From a virus: 64,000 nt of DNA. The notes under the pieces were generated by a model. It was not told where the DNA came from. It searched no databases and was given only the letters and a program-made list of their open reading frames with translations. The stretch lies in IMG/VR virus record IMGVR_UViG_3300037478_000520, positions 1 to 64,000 of that record; one strand, 5' to 3'. The stretch's first letter is position 1, and the number at the start of each line of letters is the position of its first letter. Positions 1 to 11,360 of the stretch are shown piece after piece. Both the position numbers and the translations under genes were made by a program.

Positions 1-220
1 GCACGACACGCGATGACCGCCCGTTCGGCCAGAGCCCAGCGATCCGCAGCGCATCTGACAGCTTCGCGCAAGCGTTCCAGCCGGCGCCGCACTCAACAGC
101 CGGGTCGGTGTTGCACGCGACCGTTGGCAGCACGTGCGGAAAAACGCCGTCGAACACGGGCTCGCCTCCCTGGATCGGCGGGCGCAAGTCGTGCGTCAAG
201 ACCTTGTACGCGGTGATCAT
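1..220 (-). CDS. 5' part of a hypothetical phage protein, paralogue of 20386..21180 (runs off the window)
   Basis: ATG at 220 overlaps the upstream stop (ATGA). Reads MITAYKVLTHDLRPPIQGGEPVFDG..., and nt 1-208 are the near-identical reverse complement of 20404-20611. Confidence 0.8.
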   Translation of the reverse strand, partial: MITAYKVLTHDLRPPIQGGEPVFDGVFPHVLPTVACNTDPAVECGAGWNACAKLSDALRIAGLWPNGRSSRVV

Positions 221-402
221 CGAAACCACCTCGCTACCGTCAAGCCGCCGACGACTACGCCCGCAACGAACCAGAGTGCCAGCGCTCCTATCAGCGCCCA
301 CGGGCCTTCCCGACGGGCGGGCTTCAGTGGGCGGTATTGACCGTCCTCGTCGTCGCCCATGCCGACGCTCGCGCGGATAGATGGCTTGGGGAGCCTAGTC
401 AT
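217..402 (-). CDS. small membrane protein
   Basis: C-terminal hydrophobic helix WALIGALALWFVAGVVVGGLTV; coupled to its neighbours. Confidence 0.55.
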   Translation of the reverse strand: MTRLPKPSIRASVGMGDDEDGQYRPLKPARREGPWALIGALALWFVAGVVVGGLTVARWFR

Positions 403-778
403 GGTCGTCCTCCGGGTCGGCTTCGGCTGGGCAATCCTCATCAGGGTCAAGCCCGAAGCGCCGGCACAGTTCCTTCGCTCGCGTGCTTCCGACGGCGAGC
501 GCTTCAACTACGTGCGACCATCGCGGCCGGGGCACATCGGCAAGCCGTCCAGCGTTTCGCACGGCGCTCTCGACCAGGTTGGCGTCGGACTGCGCCGTGA
601 TTGCATCCGTGAACAGCTCCACCACGTGCCCGCCGTGCCGCTCTGCCGTGCTAGCAGCCCTAGCGCGCGATCCGTATGTCCATGGCGGCCCGTCTTGCCA
701 CGCGAAAACGAAGCCTTCCAGGTTCAGCCATTGCCCGGAACCGTCCGGCTCGCGGTTTATTGCGTAGATGCTAGGCAT
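395..778 (-). CDS. hypothetical phage protein
   Basis: Overlapping start/stop codons within the operon. Confidence 0.6.
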   Translation of the reverse strand: MPSIYAINREPDGSGQWLNLEGFVFAWQDGPPWTYGSRARAASTAERHGGHVVELFTDAITAQSDANLVESAVRNAGRLADVPRPRWSHVVEALAVGSTRAKELCRRFGLDPDEDCPAEADPEDDHD

Positions 779-1280
779 TACTGGCCTCAAGCGCGACCGG
801 CATGAAGATCTCGTGCACGCGCGGATTGGCGAGGAACTTCTCCGCGCACACCACGCGCAGCCCCTTCCCCATCGTCCCTAGGAGGCCGTACGACTTCCAG
901 CCGCAGACCTTGCCATCCTCAACCGTTCCGACGTCGCATGCCCGTTCGTCGCGAGACACGCCGCTGCAGGCGGGGCACCGAAAGCCCTGCGATGGACGCA
1001 CAGCCTGAAGCATTTCGGCCTCGGTCTGATAGACCGTCACGTCGACCAACTTCGGAAAGTTGGCTTCCTGGTAGTAGTTGGCTGGGCAGTAGTCGCGTCG
1101 GCTCTCGATCGCTTCCCAGACCTCTGCCTCGGTCATCGCGAGCACCGCGGCGTACTCGGGCAGAACGCGGTCGAGCAGCGCGTCGAAGCGCTCTGCACGA
1201 TCGGTCGCCGGTGGGTTCCAGGTCGCAAGCACAAGCTCTCGAACCTGGCATCTGGTCATCCCTGGATTGTTCTTGCTCAT
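771..1280 (-). CDS. hypothetical phage protein with Cys motifs
   Basis: FRCPACSG...C...CGWKSYGL; GGAGG RBS. Confidence 0.7.
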   Translation of the reverse strand: MSKNNPGMTRCQVRELVLATWNPPATDRAERFDALLDRVLPEYAAVLAMTEAEVWEAIESRRDYCPANYYQEANFPKLVDVTVYQTEAEMLQAVRPSQGFRCPACSGVSRDERACDVGTVEDGKVCGWKSYGLLGTMGKGLRVVCAEKFLANPRVHEIFMPVALEASNA

Positions 1281-1486
1281 CGCACCCTCCACGCTTCGGC
1301 AAGCGCCACCCGCAGCGGCCCCGGGTCAACGCTGACGTAGCCGTCGTCGGCAACTCCTGTGCCTTCGCAGTAGGGGCACTCCAGCCCTGAGTCGTCGTCG
1401 TCCAGGGACTCATGCCCGTAGCCGTCGCACGCCACACAGGCACTGGCCGGGTAGTCATAGTCGTCATAGTCGTCGTAGTCGTCCAT
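1277..1486 (-). CDS. small acidic DnaJ-type zinc-finger protein
   Basis: CVACDGYG and CPYCEGTG (CxxCxGxG twice). Confidence 0.6.
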   Translation of the reverse strand: MDDYDDYDDYDYPASACVACDGYGHESLDDDDSGLECPYCEGTGVADDGYVSVDPGPLRVALAEAWRVR

Positions 1487-2247
1487 CAACCCACCAACCT
1501 TTCCGAGTCGAAGCCGACAAGATCCTCAAGCGCTTCGCCCATGGCCGTGCGACAGTCAGGGCAGTTCACTTCGCAGTGATTCTTCAAGTTGGTCACGTAG
1601 TGCTCGGCGCTAGATAGGTCGTCGATCAACTTGCCGCACCAAGTCAGCATGGTCTCGATCGGACACGGCGTGCGCAATGCGTGGCACTCAGATCGGTTTC
1701 CCCCGGCCTGTGAGATGCCCGCTGGCTGTGTGCTGGGCGATGGCGTGTAATGCGCGCGGATAGCCTCCTCAGCCTTCACCGTCGGAACGTGACCAACCTG
1801 AAGATCCACGCCTGTAATGCCTAAGCGAAAGAGCAGGAGTTCAAGCGCCTTGACAGCCTGCTCGCCGCCGCCCTGGTTGTCGCCGCCGCCTCCTTCGGGG
1901 AGCCGCTCCGGAAAGCCGCGCTTCACAGACACTTCGTTGAACTTCTTGGCGACCTCCTCTCCAAGATTGAGATCGAGCCGTTGGGCAAGGAGGTCCAGGT
2001 ACAACACTGTGTCAGCGAGCTCGCGTCCAATCGCCCGGACGATGTCCGCGTGGCTTCGCTCGTCGTCGCCTGCAATCTGATGGTCCAGCCGCCGAAGCTT
2101 CTTCACTTCGTTGCAGACCTCGCCAGCCTCGCCGGCCATCGCGCACGCCCAGTCGACCTCATTCCACCCGAAGATCCCACCGGGGAACCATCGTGCCGTG
2201 CGAACTTTGTTGGCGAGACGCACATCGTCGAACGTGATGCTGTTCAC
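1486..2247 (-). CDS. MazG-like nucleotide pyrophosphohydrolase with C-terminal Cys-rich extension
   Basis: AMAGEAGEVCNEVKK...ELADTVLYLDLLA...KFNE, the MazG ExxE...ExxD signature. Confidence 0.8.
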   Translation of the reverse strand: MNSITFDDVRLANKVRTARWFPGGIFGWNEVDWACAMAGEAGEVCNEVKKLRRLDHQIAGDDERSHADIVRAIGRELADTVLYLDLLAQRLDLNLGEEVAKKFNEVSVKRGFPERLPEGGGGDNQGGGEQAVKALELLLFRLGITGVDLQVGHVPTVKAEEAIRAHYTPSPSTQPAGISQAGGNRSECHALRTPCPIETMLTWCGKLIDDLSSAEHYVTNLKNHCEVNCPDCRTAMGEALEDLVGFDSERLVG

Positions 2248-2519
2248 GACTTGATCTCCCACTTGCGAAGCCCGTGATGGAACGCGATAACCCCGTCCCG
2301 CTTGAGTGCCTGCAAGCGCCTGTCGACCAAGCGTTCCTGTTGCCTCCGCTGTTTTTGCGCGTCGAAGGACGGCGGAGGCCACCCAAGCTTGCTAGTGCTG
2401 ATGATCGGCCACCCCAGCTCTCGCCCTACGAACTCCAAGATTTCGCGAGCGGTTGCGTTATAGGCGCGGATCGAAGCCACGATGGCTGCGTCGACCAGTG
2501 CGTGGTCGGTATTTTTCAT
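2244..2519 (-). CDS. hypothetical protein, possible winged helix
   Basis: RLVDRRLQALKRDGVIAF; coupled overlaps. Confidence 0.55.
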   Translation of the reverse strand: MKNTDHALVDAAIVASIRAYNATAREILEFVGRELGWPIISTSKLGWPPPSFDAQKQRRQQERLVDRRLQALKRDGVIAFHHGLRKWEIKS

Positions 2520-2812
2520 GCCTTCACCGCATCTTTCTGCGTAGTCAATCGGCCGTCGGCACCCCGAACGCAGCGCCGCCACAGCGCTGCTTGGCGACCT
2601 CGCCCTTGTCGCAACTTGGCAGCGCGCACCCGTGAACGGAAGTCATCGTCGAACTCTCGACCGATGCCCAGCCGCCCGCCGTACATGGTCAGCCAGTCGC
2701 CACGCATGGCATCCTCCATGTCACCGCGAAGCACGAACGTTCCGGCCATGACAAGGGTGTCGCCGGCGAGAATCAGCGCGCTGGCTACGTGGTGGATCAG
2801 TTTTTCCCGCAT
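2516..2812 (-). CDS. hypothetical protein
   Basis: ORF coupled to the downstream gene. Confidence 0.5.
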   Translation of the reverse strand: MREKLIHHVASALILAGDTLVMAGTFVLRGDMEDAMRGDWLTMYGGRLGIGREFDDDFRSRVRAAKLRQGRGRQAALWRRCVRGADGRLTTQKDAVKA

Positions 2813-2885
2813 GGTCTTTCCGTTTAGGTATGCCCCCGGTCTCCCGGGGGCTCTAGTGGTTGCGTTGGCGCGTGTTGGCGGTTGC

Positions 2886-4358
<1,473 letters not shown>

Positions 4359-4382
4359 TTTGCTTTTGCCTTTAGCTCTTCG

Positions 4383-4784
4383 TCAGTCTGAGAGCGCCAC
4401 TTCGACGCGACACGCGAGGCACGAGGGCCCGCAGAGACCGTGATCACAGTCGAGGATGTCCTGCGCGGCGCTGATGCGCTCTTGCGCTGCCAATAGGAGT
4501 GTGTCCCGTCGAAGGCTCTCGGCCCTCCAACTGTCGCGTTCATCGCGCAAGCGATAGACCTCCACCTTCCCACCATTGGTCCCTTCTTCGGCGCGCTGCC
4601 GGGCGTACGCCGCGTCCCGCACGGCCCCAGCCATCGCGTACCGCCGAGCCGCCGTCTCCTGGTACTGGCGCTTTGCGGCGGGGTTGATAGCTCGCGCAAC
4701 GATTGCCGCGGACCATGCGAACCCCTGCAGCTCCGTGGCAGCGTCCAGCAGCAGACCCACCGCGTTGTCGTCCTCTGCGCTCAT
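4383..4784 (-). CDS. hypothetical coiled-coil protein
   Basis: ORF in coupled operon; C-terminal CDHGLCGPSCLAC. Confidence 0.55.
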   Translation of the reverse strand: MSAEDDNAVGLLLDAATELQGFAWSAAIVARAINPAAKRQYQETAARRYAMAGAVRDAAYARQRAEEGTNGGKVEVYRLRDERDSWRAESLRRDTLLLAAQERISAAQDILDCDHGLCGPSCLACRVEVALSD

Positions 4785-5362
4785 GGCTTCACCTCCATGT
4801 GCTCGCCATCCCCGTCCACCTTTCGCAAAACACGCAGCACAAACTCGCCTCCTCCGAAGCGTTTATCCTCCTCGTCAAACCAGCACGTGAAGACCACCAC
4901 GGGCTCGGACTGGTTCATCAGCGCTGTCGGCTCTCCGACCCGAACCACCGCCATCACCGGCCCTCCAGCGATATGCCTGACCCGGTCGCCGGCCTTGAAA
5001 TCCGCCCGCGCTCGCTCCACAGCCTCGTCGCGCTCGCGCATAAGTTCGAGCGCCCGGCCCGCGAGCGTAGTCGCTCGGACGGCTTGCACCTCGCCATCCT
5101 TGCGCTTGTAAAACCTCTCCGGGCGGGGATCCGACACCCAGCGTTCGACCCCCTCGACGATGTAGGTGGCCAGCTCCTTGTGCGAAAGACCCTTAGGCGG
5201 CTCCGGCAGCCCAAGACGCCTGGCTAAGCCCTCGAAGGATTCCATCGGCGCACCCGCCTGCAGGGCTTCGAAGGCCAACTGGAGCTGGCGTACCGCATCT
5301 TTTAGCGCCGCCTCAGCAGCGCCGATGTGGAACGCGGGGTTGCTTCTTGTCTCGTCGCTCAT
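4781..5362 (-). CDS. protein with C-terminal YodC/DUF2158-like domain
   Basis: FKAGDRVRHIAGGPVMAV...CWFD pattern. Confidence 0.6.
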   Translation of the reverse strand: MSDETRSNPAFHIGAAEAALKDAVRQLQLAFEALQAGAPMESFEGLARRLGLPEPPKGLSHKELATYIVEGVERWVSDPRPERFYKRKDGEVQAVRATTLAGRALELMRERDEAVERARADFKAGDRVRHIAGGPVMAVVRVGEPTALMNQSEPVVVFTCWFDEEDKRFGGGEFVLRVLRKVDGDGEHMEVKP

Positions 5363-6336
5363 GGCTTCTCCTTCGTTCGCGCCAAGGCGCGCTCGACCAG
5401 CGCCTCCACGTGCTTAGGCGCCACGTCGAGCGGTAGGTTGTCGTCGCGACGTGTGGACGGCGTCGGTGATGACTCGGCGCGCTCAGCTCCTGACCCATGA
5501 GTCTGGTTGGCGCAACACCTGGCTGTCTCCACGGCCTCGATAGACGAGGCTCCGCTGGCAAGCGCGCCCGCCAGTGCAGCGTTGTACGTGGCCATCCAAT
5601 CCCGATCATCGTCGCGGCGTGTAGACACCGTCGGTTGGGCGGGCCTCAGGGCGGCGATGCGGGCCTCTCGAAGCTCAAGCGACAACCGCTCAGCTTCCGC
5701 CACCAAGACCTCCACCGTGTCGACGGTCTCGCCCAATGGCAGGTTTCTGACGCGTGCGAGAGCGGCATCGACGCGCTCGACAACAGCCCGCCACTCGTCG
5801 CGATCGCTCACGGATCGAGCACCCTCTCTGACCGTCTGCAGCACCTGCTCGTGCGGCGCAACGTCGTAGCCACCTTGGCCCTCAGGCCGGTTGACGAGCC
5901 CAAGCGCCTCGGCAAGCTCGACGTAGCTCGCCTTCCAGCGGTCGCGGTCACGGATGACCTCAGCGGCGACCTCAAAGCCCTTGGTGTGCGGCGGCCACTC
6001 CCCGCGCTCAAACGCTTCCCAGCACTCGGGCGCGTAGTCGCTGAGGCATCTGTAGATCGGCAGTCTTTGACGCGAGCGCATCACTGCGTCTTTCATCCCA
6101 CTGCTCAATCCGAGGTCGAGAAGGAACCAGTGCTCGTCACCCTCCTGCCAAAACCACTCGCTCGCGATGCCGCGCTCTCGCTCCGCTGGCACCGAGTCGT
6201 CGGCGAACCACGGCACCACCAAGTGGCTTGCGATCGGGTCGTGCCCAGCGAGAAACACCGCGCGGCAGCACCACAGCAGGTAGCGCAGGTTGGTGGTTGT
6301 GTCTCCGGATAGCGGGCTTTCGATGACTATTCGCAT
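5359..6336 (-). CDS. phage protein with N-terminal DUF4406/DUF7768-like (nucleoside deoxyribosyltransferase-like) domain
   Basis: IVIESPLSGD..N..Y...C......G..PIASHL...ERERGI...DLGLSSGM. Confidence 0.6.
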   Translation of the reverse strand: MRIVIESPLSGDTTTNLRYLLWCCRAVFLAGHDPIASHLVVPWFADDSVPAERERGIASEWFWQEGDEHWFLLDLGLSSGMKDAVMRSRQRLPIYRCLSDYAPECWEAFERGEWPPHTKGFEVAAEVIRDRDRWKASYVELAEALGLVNRPEGQGGYDVAPHEQVLQTVREGARSVSDRDEWRAVVERVDAALARVRNLPLGETVDTVEVLVAEAERLSLELREARIAALRPAQPTVSTRRDDDRDWMATYNAALAGALASGASSIEAVETARCCANQTHGSGAERAESSPTPSTRRDDNLPLDVAPKHVEALVERALARTKEKP

Positions 6337-6345
6337 GGCTTCCTT

Positions 6346-6864
6346 TCAGGTTCCCAACGGCCCGACGTCTGGTGGCTTTGCCCGGTCTCGCGTGACTACG
6401 GCTCCGGATTCCGTGCGCTGGCTGCCACCGGGGAGCGCGCCCCTCGCCGTCTTTTCCGGCGTGTCACGGTCTCGGACCGTTGGGATCTTATTGTCGGCGT
6501 ACTCCACGAGCAGCTCAAGGCGCTCTTCGAGCAGCTTGCCAGGCTCGCTGTTGGCGATCTCGATCAACGTGTCCGCGTGACACGGTCTGCCCAGCGCGCA
6601 GTAGCAAGCGAGGTTCTTGCCGCGCAGTTCAAGCCGCACGTCCGCGTAGCCGTAGGAAAGTCGGCTCGTCCACAGCGCCATCTCGTAATCGCGCACAGCC
6701 ATCTCCACGGCCTCGATCACGGGCATCGGCGAGCCGTCCTCCAGCTTGTAGTCGCTCACGCGGTACGGGTTGCCCCACTTCGTACCGCGAGTGACGCACA
6801 CCGTCCCAGGCGGCAAGCGCGCGCCCTTCTTGCGGCTTCGCTGGAGGCGTTGCGGGGCGCTCAT
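6346..6864 (-). CDS. DUF4326 domain protein
   Basis: VTRGTKWGNPY...LRGKNLACYC...CHADTL. Confidence 0.85.
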   Translation of the reverse strand: MSAPQRLQRSRKKGARLPPGTVCVTRGTKWGNPYRVSDYKLEDGSPMPVIEAVEMAVRDYEMALWTSRLSYGYADVRLELRGKNLACYCALGRPCHADTLIEIANSEPGKLLEERLELLVEYADNKIPTVRDRDTPEKTARGALPGGSQRTESGAVVTRDRAKPPDVGPLGT

Positions 6865-7205
6865 GGCTTCTCCTTTCGATCCAGCTCATCAGCGAATGCT
6901 AGCTCCCGCGCGAGCCAACGATCTCCACGGGGGTCGCGCGGGCGCCCAGCTGACCTTTCGCGCGCTACTGCTGCGGCGTGATTGGCGTGTGCTTGTGCTC
7001 TCCACCACGGCGCCCAGCTGGCATCGCAGTACGGCCCTCGAAGCTTGACGGTGCGGCACACCTCCCGTTGCATGGCGTCAGGCACGGTCGCCCAGCACTC
7101 GCGGCACATGAGCCACCGCGGGGGGCACGGCCGTTTGCAGCCAGGTGCGTGACAGTGGTGGGTCATTCGATCTCCGCACGGGTCAAGGCGCTCACGGCTC
7201 TTCAC
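6861..7205 (-). CDS. small Cys/His zinc-binding phage protein
   Basis: HHCHAPGC...LMCRECW. Confidence 0.6.
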   Translation of the reverse strand: MKSRERLDPCGDRMTHHCHAPGCKRPCPPRWLMCRECWATVPDAMQREVCRTVKLRGPYCDASWAPWWRAQAHANHAAAVARERSAGRPRDPRGDRWLARELAFADELDRKEKP

Positions 7206-7551
7206 CCGCCACCTTCAGGTGATCGCCGCGATCGATGTAGAAGGCGATGCTGCGCCCGGTGATGGGCAGCTGTTCCCGCAGGTACCGCAGGACGGCCTCG
7301 CGCTCCTGGTCACGCCCCTTCTGTCGGCCCATCTCGAACGCCAAATCAAGCGCCTCGTTAGCGTCGAAAGCCTCGCGCTGGTAGTGGTCGACCAGCGCCA
7401 GCACGTTGTGCTCGCCTTGTCCGGCGGCGTCGAACAGCTTGCGCAGTCGGTCCGCCTCGGCCTTCCACCGGTCGCGATCGACGACAGCCTCCGCGCGATC
7501 GCGCTCGAGGCGTAGCACAAGCTCTTCTAACTCGTTCTCTCGGTCGGTCAT
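7192..7551 (-). CDS. hypothetical coiled-coil protein
   Basis: ORF in coupled operon. Confidence 0.55.
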   Translation of the reverse strand: MTDRENELEELVLRLERDRAEAVVDRDRWKAEADRLRKLFDAAGQGEHNVLALVDHYQREAFDANEALDLAFEMGRQKGRDQEREAVLRYLREQLPITGRSIAFYIDRGDHLKVAGEEP

Positions 7552-8336
7552 GGGCACGCCTCCAACTCAGCCTCGATCGAAGCCAGCAGCGCTTCGACGA
7601 TGCGATCCGCCGCCGCCCACTCCGCCGCCTCCGCCGCCCTCGCCGCCGCCGCCGCCCACTCCGCCGCCTCCGCCGCCCACTCCGCCGCCGCCGCCGCCCT
7701 CGCCGCCGCCGCCTCCGCCCACTCCGCCGCCTCCGCCGCCCTCGCCGCCCACTCCGCCTCCGCCGCCCTCGCCGCCGCCGTCGCCCACGCCGCCCTCGCC
7801 GCCGCCGCCGCCGCCCACTCCGCCGCCGCCCACTCCGCCGCCCTCGCCGCCCACTCCGCCTCCGCCGCCCACTCCGGTTTTGTGGGCTCGTCGCCGTCCA
7901 CGACGCGATCGCACAGTGACGCGACACGATCGCAGACAGCGAGCGCCGTGGCCATCGACGTGTGGCTAGCGGCCTCGCGCACGCATGTCGCGAGGTGCCG
8001 GTACTCGCAGCGCCGCAGCGCTGCAGCGTCCAGCCTGTGTAGTTGGCGGAAGGCGCGGGCGGCCCGCGGCATCAGCAGCGGCCACGCCTCCTCCGACGGC
8101 GCGTCGTCGATCCACGGCGCAAGATGCGCCAGCCAGGGCGGCAGCAAGCCCGCGGGGCAGACGCTCGCCTTCTGCTGCACCCCGCACTCAGGCCACAGCG
8201 CCACGATCAGACCCGCGCGCTCGCGCCCATCCTTTCCAGTCGCGGCCCAGGTGTAGCGCAGGAGCCGACCCTCCGCGATGTACAGATCCAGTCGATCGAA
8301 CGCCTCACTGTGCGGATGTAGCGTCGTCCCAGTCAT
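7548..8336 (-). CDS. phage protein with Ala/Glu/Trp/Arg low-complexity C-terminal repeat
   Basis: (AAEWAARAA)n encoded by GCG-rich repeats at about 7607-7875. Confidence 0.75.
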   Translation of the reverse strand: MTGTTLHPHSEAFDRLDLYIAEGRLLRYTWAATGKDGRERAGLIVALWPECGVQQKASVCPAGLLPPWLAHLAPWIDDAPSEEAWPLLMPRAARAFRQLHRLDAAALRRCEYRHLATCVREAASHTSMATALAVCDRVASLCDRVVDGDEPTKPEWAAEAEWAARAAEWAAAEWAAAAAARAAWATAAARAAEAEWAARAAEAAEWAEAAAARAAAAAEWAAEAAEWAAAAARAAEAAEWAAADRIVEALLASIEAELEACP

Positions 8337-9010
8337 GATCGCCTCACGTTCCCTTCCTTCTTTTCGATCGGAGGCTGCTTGCTACGCCACCCGGAGAAAT
8401 CACGCTCCTGCTCTTCCGCCCGCTTACTCTGCCGACGGATCAACTCGCTGTAGGTCACGTCCCCTAGCTTCGGCTTCATGGCAAGCAGCAGTCGACCCGT
8501 AGCTCTGGCGTCATGCAGCGCATCGTGTCCGCCATCCAGATCAACGCCCCACCGCTTGAAGGCGTTGGCGAGCCTGTGACGGCCTTTTCCGGGGACCCAA
8601 CGATCGAAGTGCCGGATCATGATCAGCGGGTCGACCCAAGGTCGATTGTTCAGGAAGTGTCCGTTAGAGCTACCGCCGGAGAACCGCTTGTAGATCGTCG
8701 CGTCAAAGGATGCGTTGTACGCGCACGGGACAGCTTCGTCGTCGCCGAGCCAGGCTTCGAGCATTCTCAACGCGTCTTCCGGGCTCGGCATCCCCCGCAC
8801 ATCTTCGTCCTTGATCCCGTGGATCGCGCTCGCCTCGACGGGGATGGCAACTCCCGGATCGATCATCGTGCAGAACTCGCGAGTGTCGGAGCCAGCAAAC
8901 AACACGGCTCCGACCTGCACGGGCAGACATTCGTTCGGGTCTGCGGAAGTCGATTCGAAATCGACTACGCAGATTGGGTTTACCCAGAATGGCGATAAGT
9001 GGTCTAGCAT
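8333..9010 (-). CDS. DEDDh 3'-5' exonuclease (DNA pol III epsilon-like)
   Basis: VVDFEST, AYNASFD, HDALHDA motifs. Confidence 0.9.
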   Translation of the reverse strand: MLDHLSPFWVNPICVVDFESTSADPNECLPVQVGAVLFAGSDTREFCTMIDPGVAIPVEASAIHGIKDEDVRGMPSPEDALRMLEAWLGDDEAVPCAYNASFDATIYKRFSGGSSNGHFLNNRPWVDPLIMIRHFDRWVPGKGRHRLANAFKRWGVDLDGGHDALHDARATGRLLLAMKPKLGDVTYSELIRRQSKRAEEQERDFSGWRSKQPPIEKKEGNVRRS

Positions 9011-9019
9011 CCTGCTTCC

Positions 9020-9481
9020 TTAGAATGGAATTTCATCATCGTTGAAGTCGTCACCACCATCATGGCTCTGCTCACTTGGTCGGCCGCTGTAACCGCCTCC
9101 TCCATACCCTCCGGCGTCGTCGTCGTTGCTGCGTGAGCCACCCTTGCTGCCGCCAAGGAGCAGAATGTTGGTGGCGACCACCTCGGTTGAGTAGCGCTTG
9201 GAGCCGTCTTTCCCTTCCCAACTCCTAGTTTGCAAGCGACCCTCCACGCAGATCTTCAAACCCTTGGTGAGGTACTTGCTAAGGCTCTCACCACGTTTCC
9301 CCCAAAGGGTGACCGAATGCCACTCGGTGCGTTCCTGTCGCTCTTTGTTGCTGTTCAAGAACGACTCGGTCGTGGCGAGCCGCAAATTTAGGATCGGTTG
9401 ACCGCCTTGCGTGAAGCGGAGTTCGCCGTCCTGCCCAAGCCGCCCAATGAGGGTTACGCGGTTGAGCCCTTCTTCAGCCAT
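9020..9481 (-). CDS. ssb: single-stranded DNA-binding protein
   Basis: LNRVTLIGRLG...EWHSV...VEGRLQTRSW, acidic tail DDEIPF. Confidence 0.97.
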   Translation of the reverse strand: MAEEGLNRVTLIGRLGQDGELRFTQGGQPILNLRLATTESFLNSNKERQERTEWHSVTLWGKRGESLSKYLTKGLKICVEGRLQTRSWEGKDGSKRYSTEVVATNILLLGGSKGGSRSNDDDAGGYGGGGYSGRPSEQSHDGGDDFNDDEIPF

Positions 9482-10412
9482 TTGCGGCCTCCGCTGCAGC
9501 TTCCGCGGATTCCGCTTCCTCGACTGCCCGGCGCTCGTCTTCGGTCATCTCCCCGTCGTCGACCGGCTCACCATCGGTGTCGATCGGCGGCTCCTCGAAG
9601 CCCTCCTTGCGGAGTGCTTCCGAGATCTCTGGGTCAAACGCGGCGGACTGGCGAACGTCCACCCGCTCCAATGCTTCGTCGACCACCACGGCGCGAGCCA
9701 TCTCAGCCGACTTAGGCAGCCACTTGAACAGATCCCGGACGGCCGTCTTCTTGAACATGGCCTCCTCGTCGGTCTGCCATGGGTTGGATTTCTTGTTGTA
9801 GCGGATGGCGAACTTGTATCCATCACTGCGAGCCCTGCGCGATTCGACCTGTGCACGCGACAGACAGGAGAAGATCGGGTCTCCGCCGTCCTTCATCCGG
9901 GCGACCGCGTAGACGTAGGTGATCTTGCGCGCCTCGCGATTGTCGTCAGTGCTGGGCACGTGCCGAATGTCCGGGTTGAGCCCAAGGGTCACAAGGAAGT
10001 CATCTCCCTCGCGAACCGCGTGCGCGAAGATCCCAGACACTTTCCCAGACCGCATCGCGAGTTCGATCATGCCCTGATAGCCGATCTGGAGTGTGCACTC
10101 TTGGACCTCGCCATTCTTGCGCGGGATCAGCCAACAGTGCTGCATGGGCGTGCTTGGCTCAAGCCCGAGCTGCGCCGACTGCATGAGGCTGCCCATGAAA
10201 CTTGGAGCGGAGCACTCTGCGAGTTTGGGAACGGTCCGCAGCGCAGTCAGGGCGATCCGCGCGATTCTCTCGGGGTCGACGTGTTTGGGTACCGCGCGCT
10301 GAAGCTCCGGCCCCATGCGCTGTACCAACGCCGCAAGACTGGTCCCGGTCGGGGGTGGGCGGCTCTCGCTGCGCTGGATCTGTCCTGAACCGTTCGTCGG
10401 TGGTTTTGCCAT
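9474..10412 (-). CDS. recT: RecT-family ssDNA annealing recombinase
   Basis: SFMGSLMQSAQLGLEP, IGYQGMIELAMRSG, PW..D.EAM.KKT.VR...KWLPKS. Confidence 0.93.
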   Translation of the reverse strand: MAKPPTNGSGQIQRSESRPPPTGTSLAALVQRMGPELQRAVPKHVDPERIARIALTALRTVPKLAECSAPSFMGSLMQSAQLGLEPSTPMQHCWLIPRKNGEVQECTLQIGYQGMIELAMRSGKVSGIFAHAVREGDDFLVTLGLNPDIRHVPSTDDNREARKITYVYAVARMKDGGDPIFSCLSRAQVESRRARSDGYKFAIRYNKKSNPWQTDEEAMFKKTAVRDLFKWLPKSAEMARAVVVDEALERVDVRQSAAFDPEISEALRKEGFEEPPIDTDGEPVDDGEMTEDERRAVEEAESAEAAAEAANG

Positions 10413-10427
10413 GGCTGTATCTTCCCT

Positions 10428-11360
10428 TCAGTCTTTCCGTTCATGCCGACGCAGCACACGCGTTGTCGACGCTTTGATTACATGCTCTCTTCGCGACTGG
10501 GCCTTGTACGAATAGGTCGTGCCGTCCGGGAGTTCGCCGTAACTGGCGTCTCCAATCGCCGCGCGGATCTGGTTGTCGATCAGCCCAAGGCGCTCGCTGC
10601 ACGCCTTGACCGTCGCTTTCAATTCGATCCTCTCCTGATCTAGATCGAAGAAATCGGAATCGAGAGGCACTGTTTCGCCATCGTCCTCGGGATACATCCG
10701 TAGCAGGGCGTCTTTTGTGGCGTTATGCCCGTCTGCCGGTGGTGGGTTCCTTGGCAGGACGTGCTCGTGCCAGAAAGCCGATCCGCGAGCGATGATCCTC
10801 CGGATCTCCTGCTCGTCCCGAGCAATGTCTTCCCACATGAGTTGCCCGCCACCAACGAGCCCAGCGGCGGTGACTTTGGCAGCCCCCGTGACAAGCATTT
10901 GATGCTGTACCTGCAGGTAGATGTGGCGCGGCGTGCCTTCTAGCCACTGGTCAGCCGCCATAAGGTGGATGTTCTTGATCTCAAGTGGCCACCAAATACC
11001 GCTGTCTAGGTCGTCGGTCGTCCACGCGTCCAGCGTGCACAGAGCCCACTGGTGCTCGACGGAACGCAACAGCGCCCCCGAGTGCACAGCCTTGCGACCG
11101 GTTCGTTTGGCATATCCGCCAACGATCGCTGGCTCGAGTTCGAGTCCCCAAAACAGATGCTCCGAATCCTCGTCGTCATCGGCAGGCGCGACCTTCGCTT
11201 GGTACACGGACATGGGTGATTCGTACGGGGATTCTCCGAGTACCCCGGCAATCTCAGAAGCTCCGATCCCAGACAGGCGGTCACGCAGCCAGCCATCGCG
11301 ATCGGCGGATCGCACAACGATTTCGTAGACTGCACTAATTGCGGCGCCAGCTGCACTCAC
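10428..11360 (-). CDS. YqaJ/lambda-type exonuclease
   Basis: WL..R..GIGASE, G..LEP, TLD, LEIK, QVQHQM; adjacent to recT. Confidence 0.92.
   Translation of the reverse strand: MSAAGAAISAVYEIVVRSADRDGWLRDRLSGIGASEIAGVLGESPYESPMSVYQAKVAPADDDEDSEHLFWGLELEPAIVGGYAKRTGRKAVHSGALLRSVEHQWALCTLDAWTTDDLDSGIWWPLEIKNIHLMAADQWLEGTPRHIYLQVQHQMLVTGAAKVTAAGLVGGGQLMWEDIARDEQEIRRIIARGSAFWHEHVLPRNPPPADGHNATKDALLRMYPEDDGETVPLDSDFFDLDQERIELKATVKACSERLGLIDNQIRAAIGDASYGELPDGTTYSYKAQSRREHVIKASTTRVLRRHERKD

Noticed and set aside
7358-8256. Poly-Pro, poly-Gly and poly-Arg ORFs
   Set aside because: Alternative frames of the Ala-rich repeat in 7548..8336.
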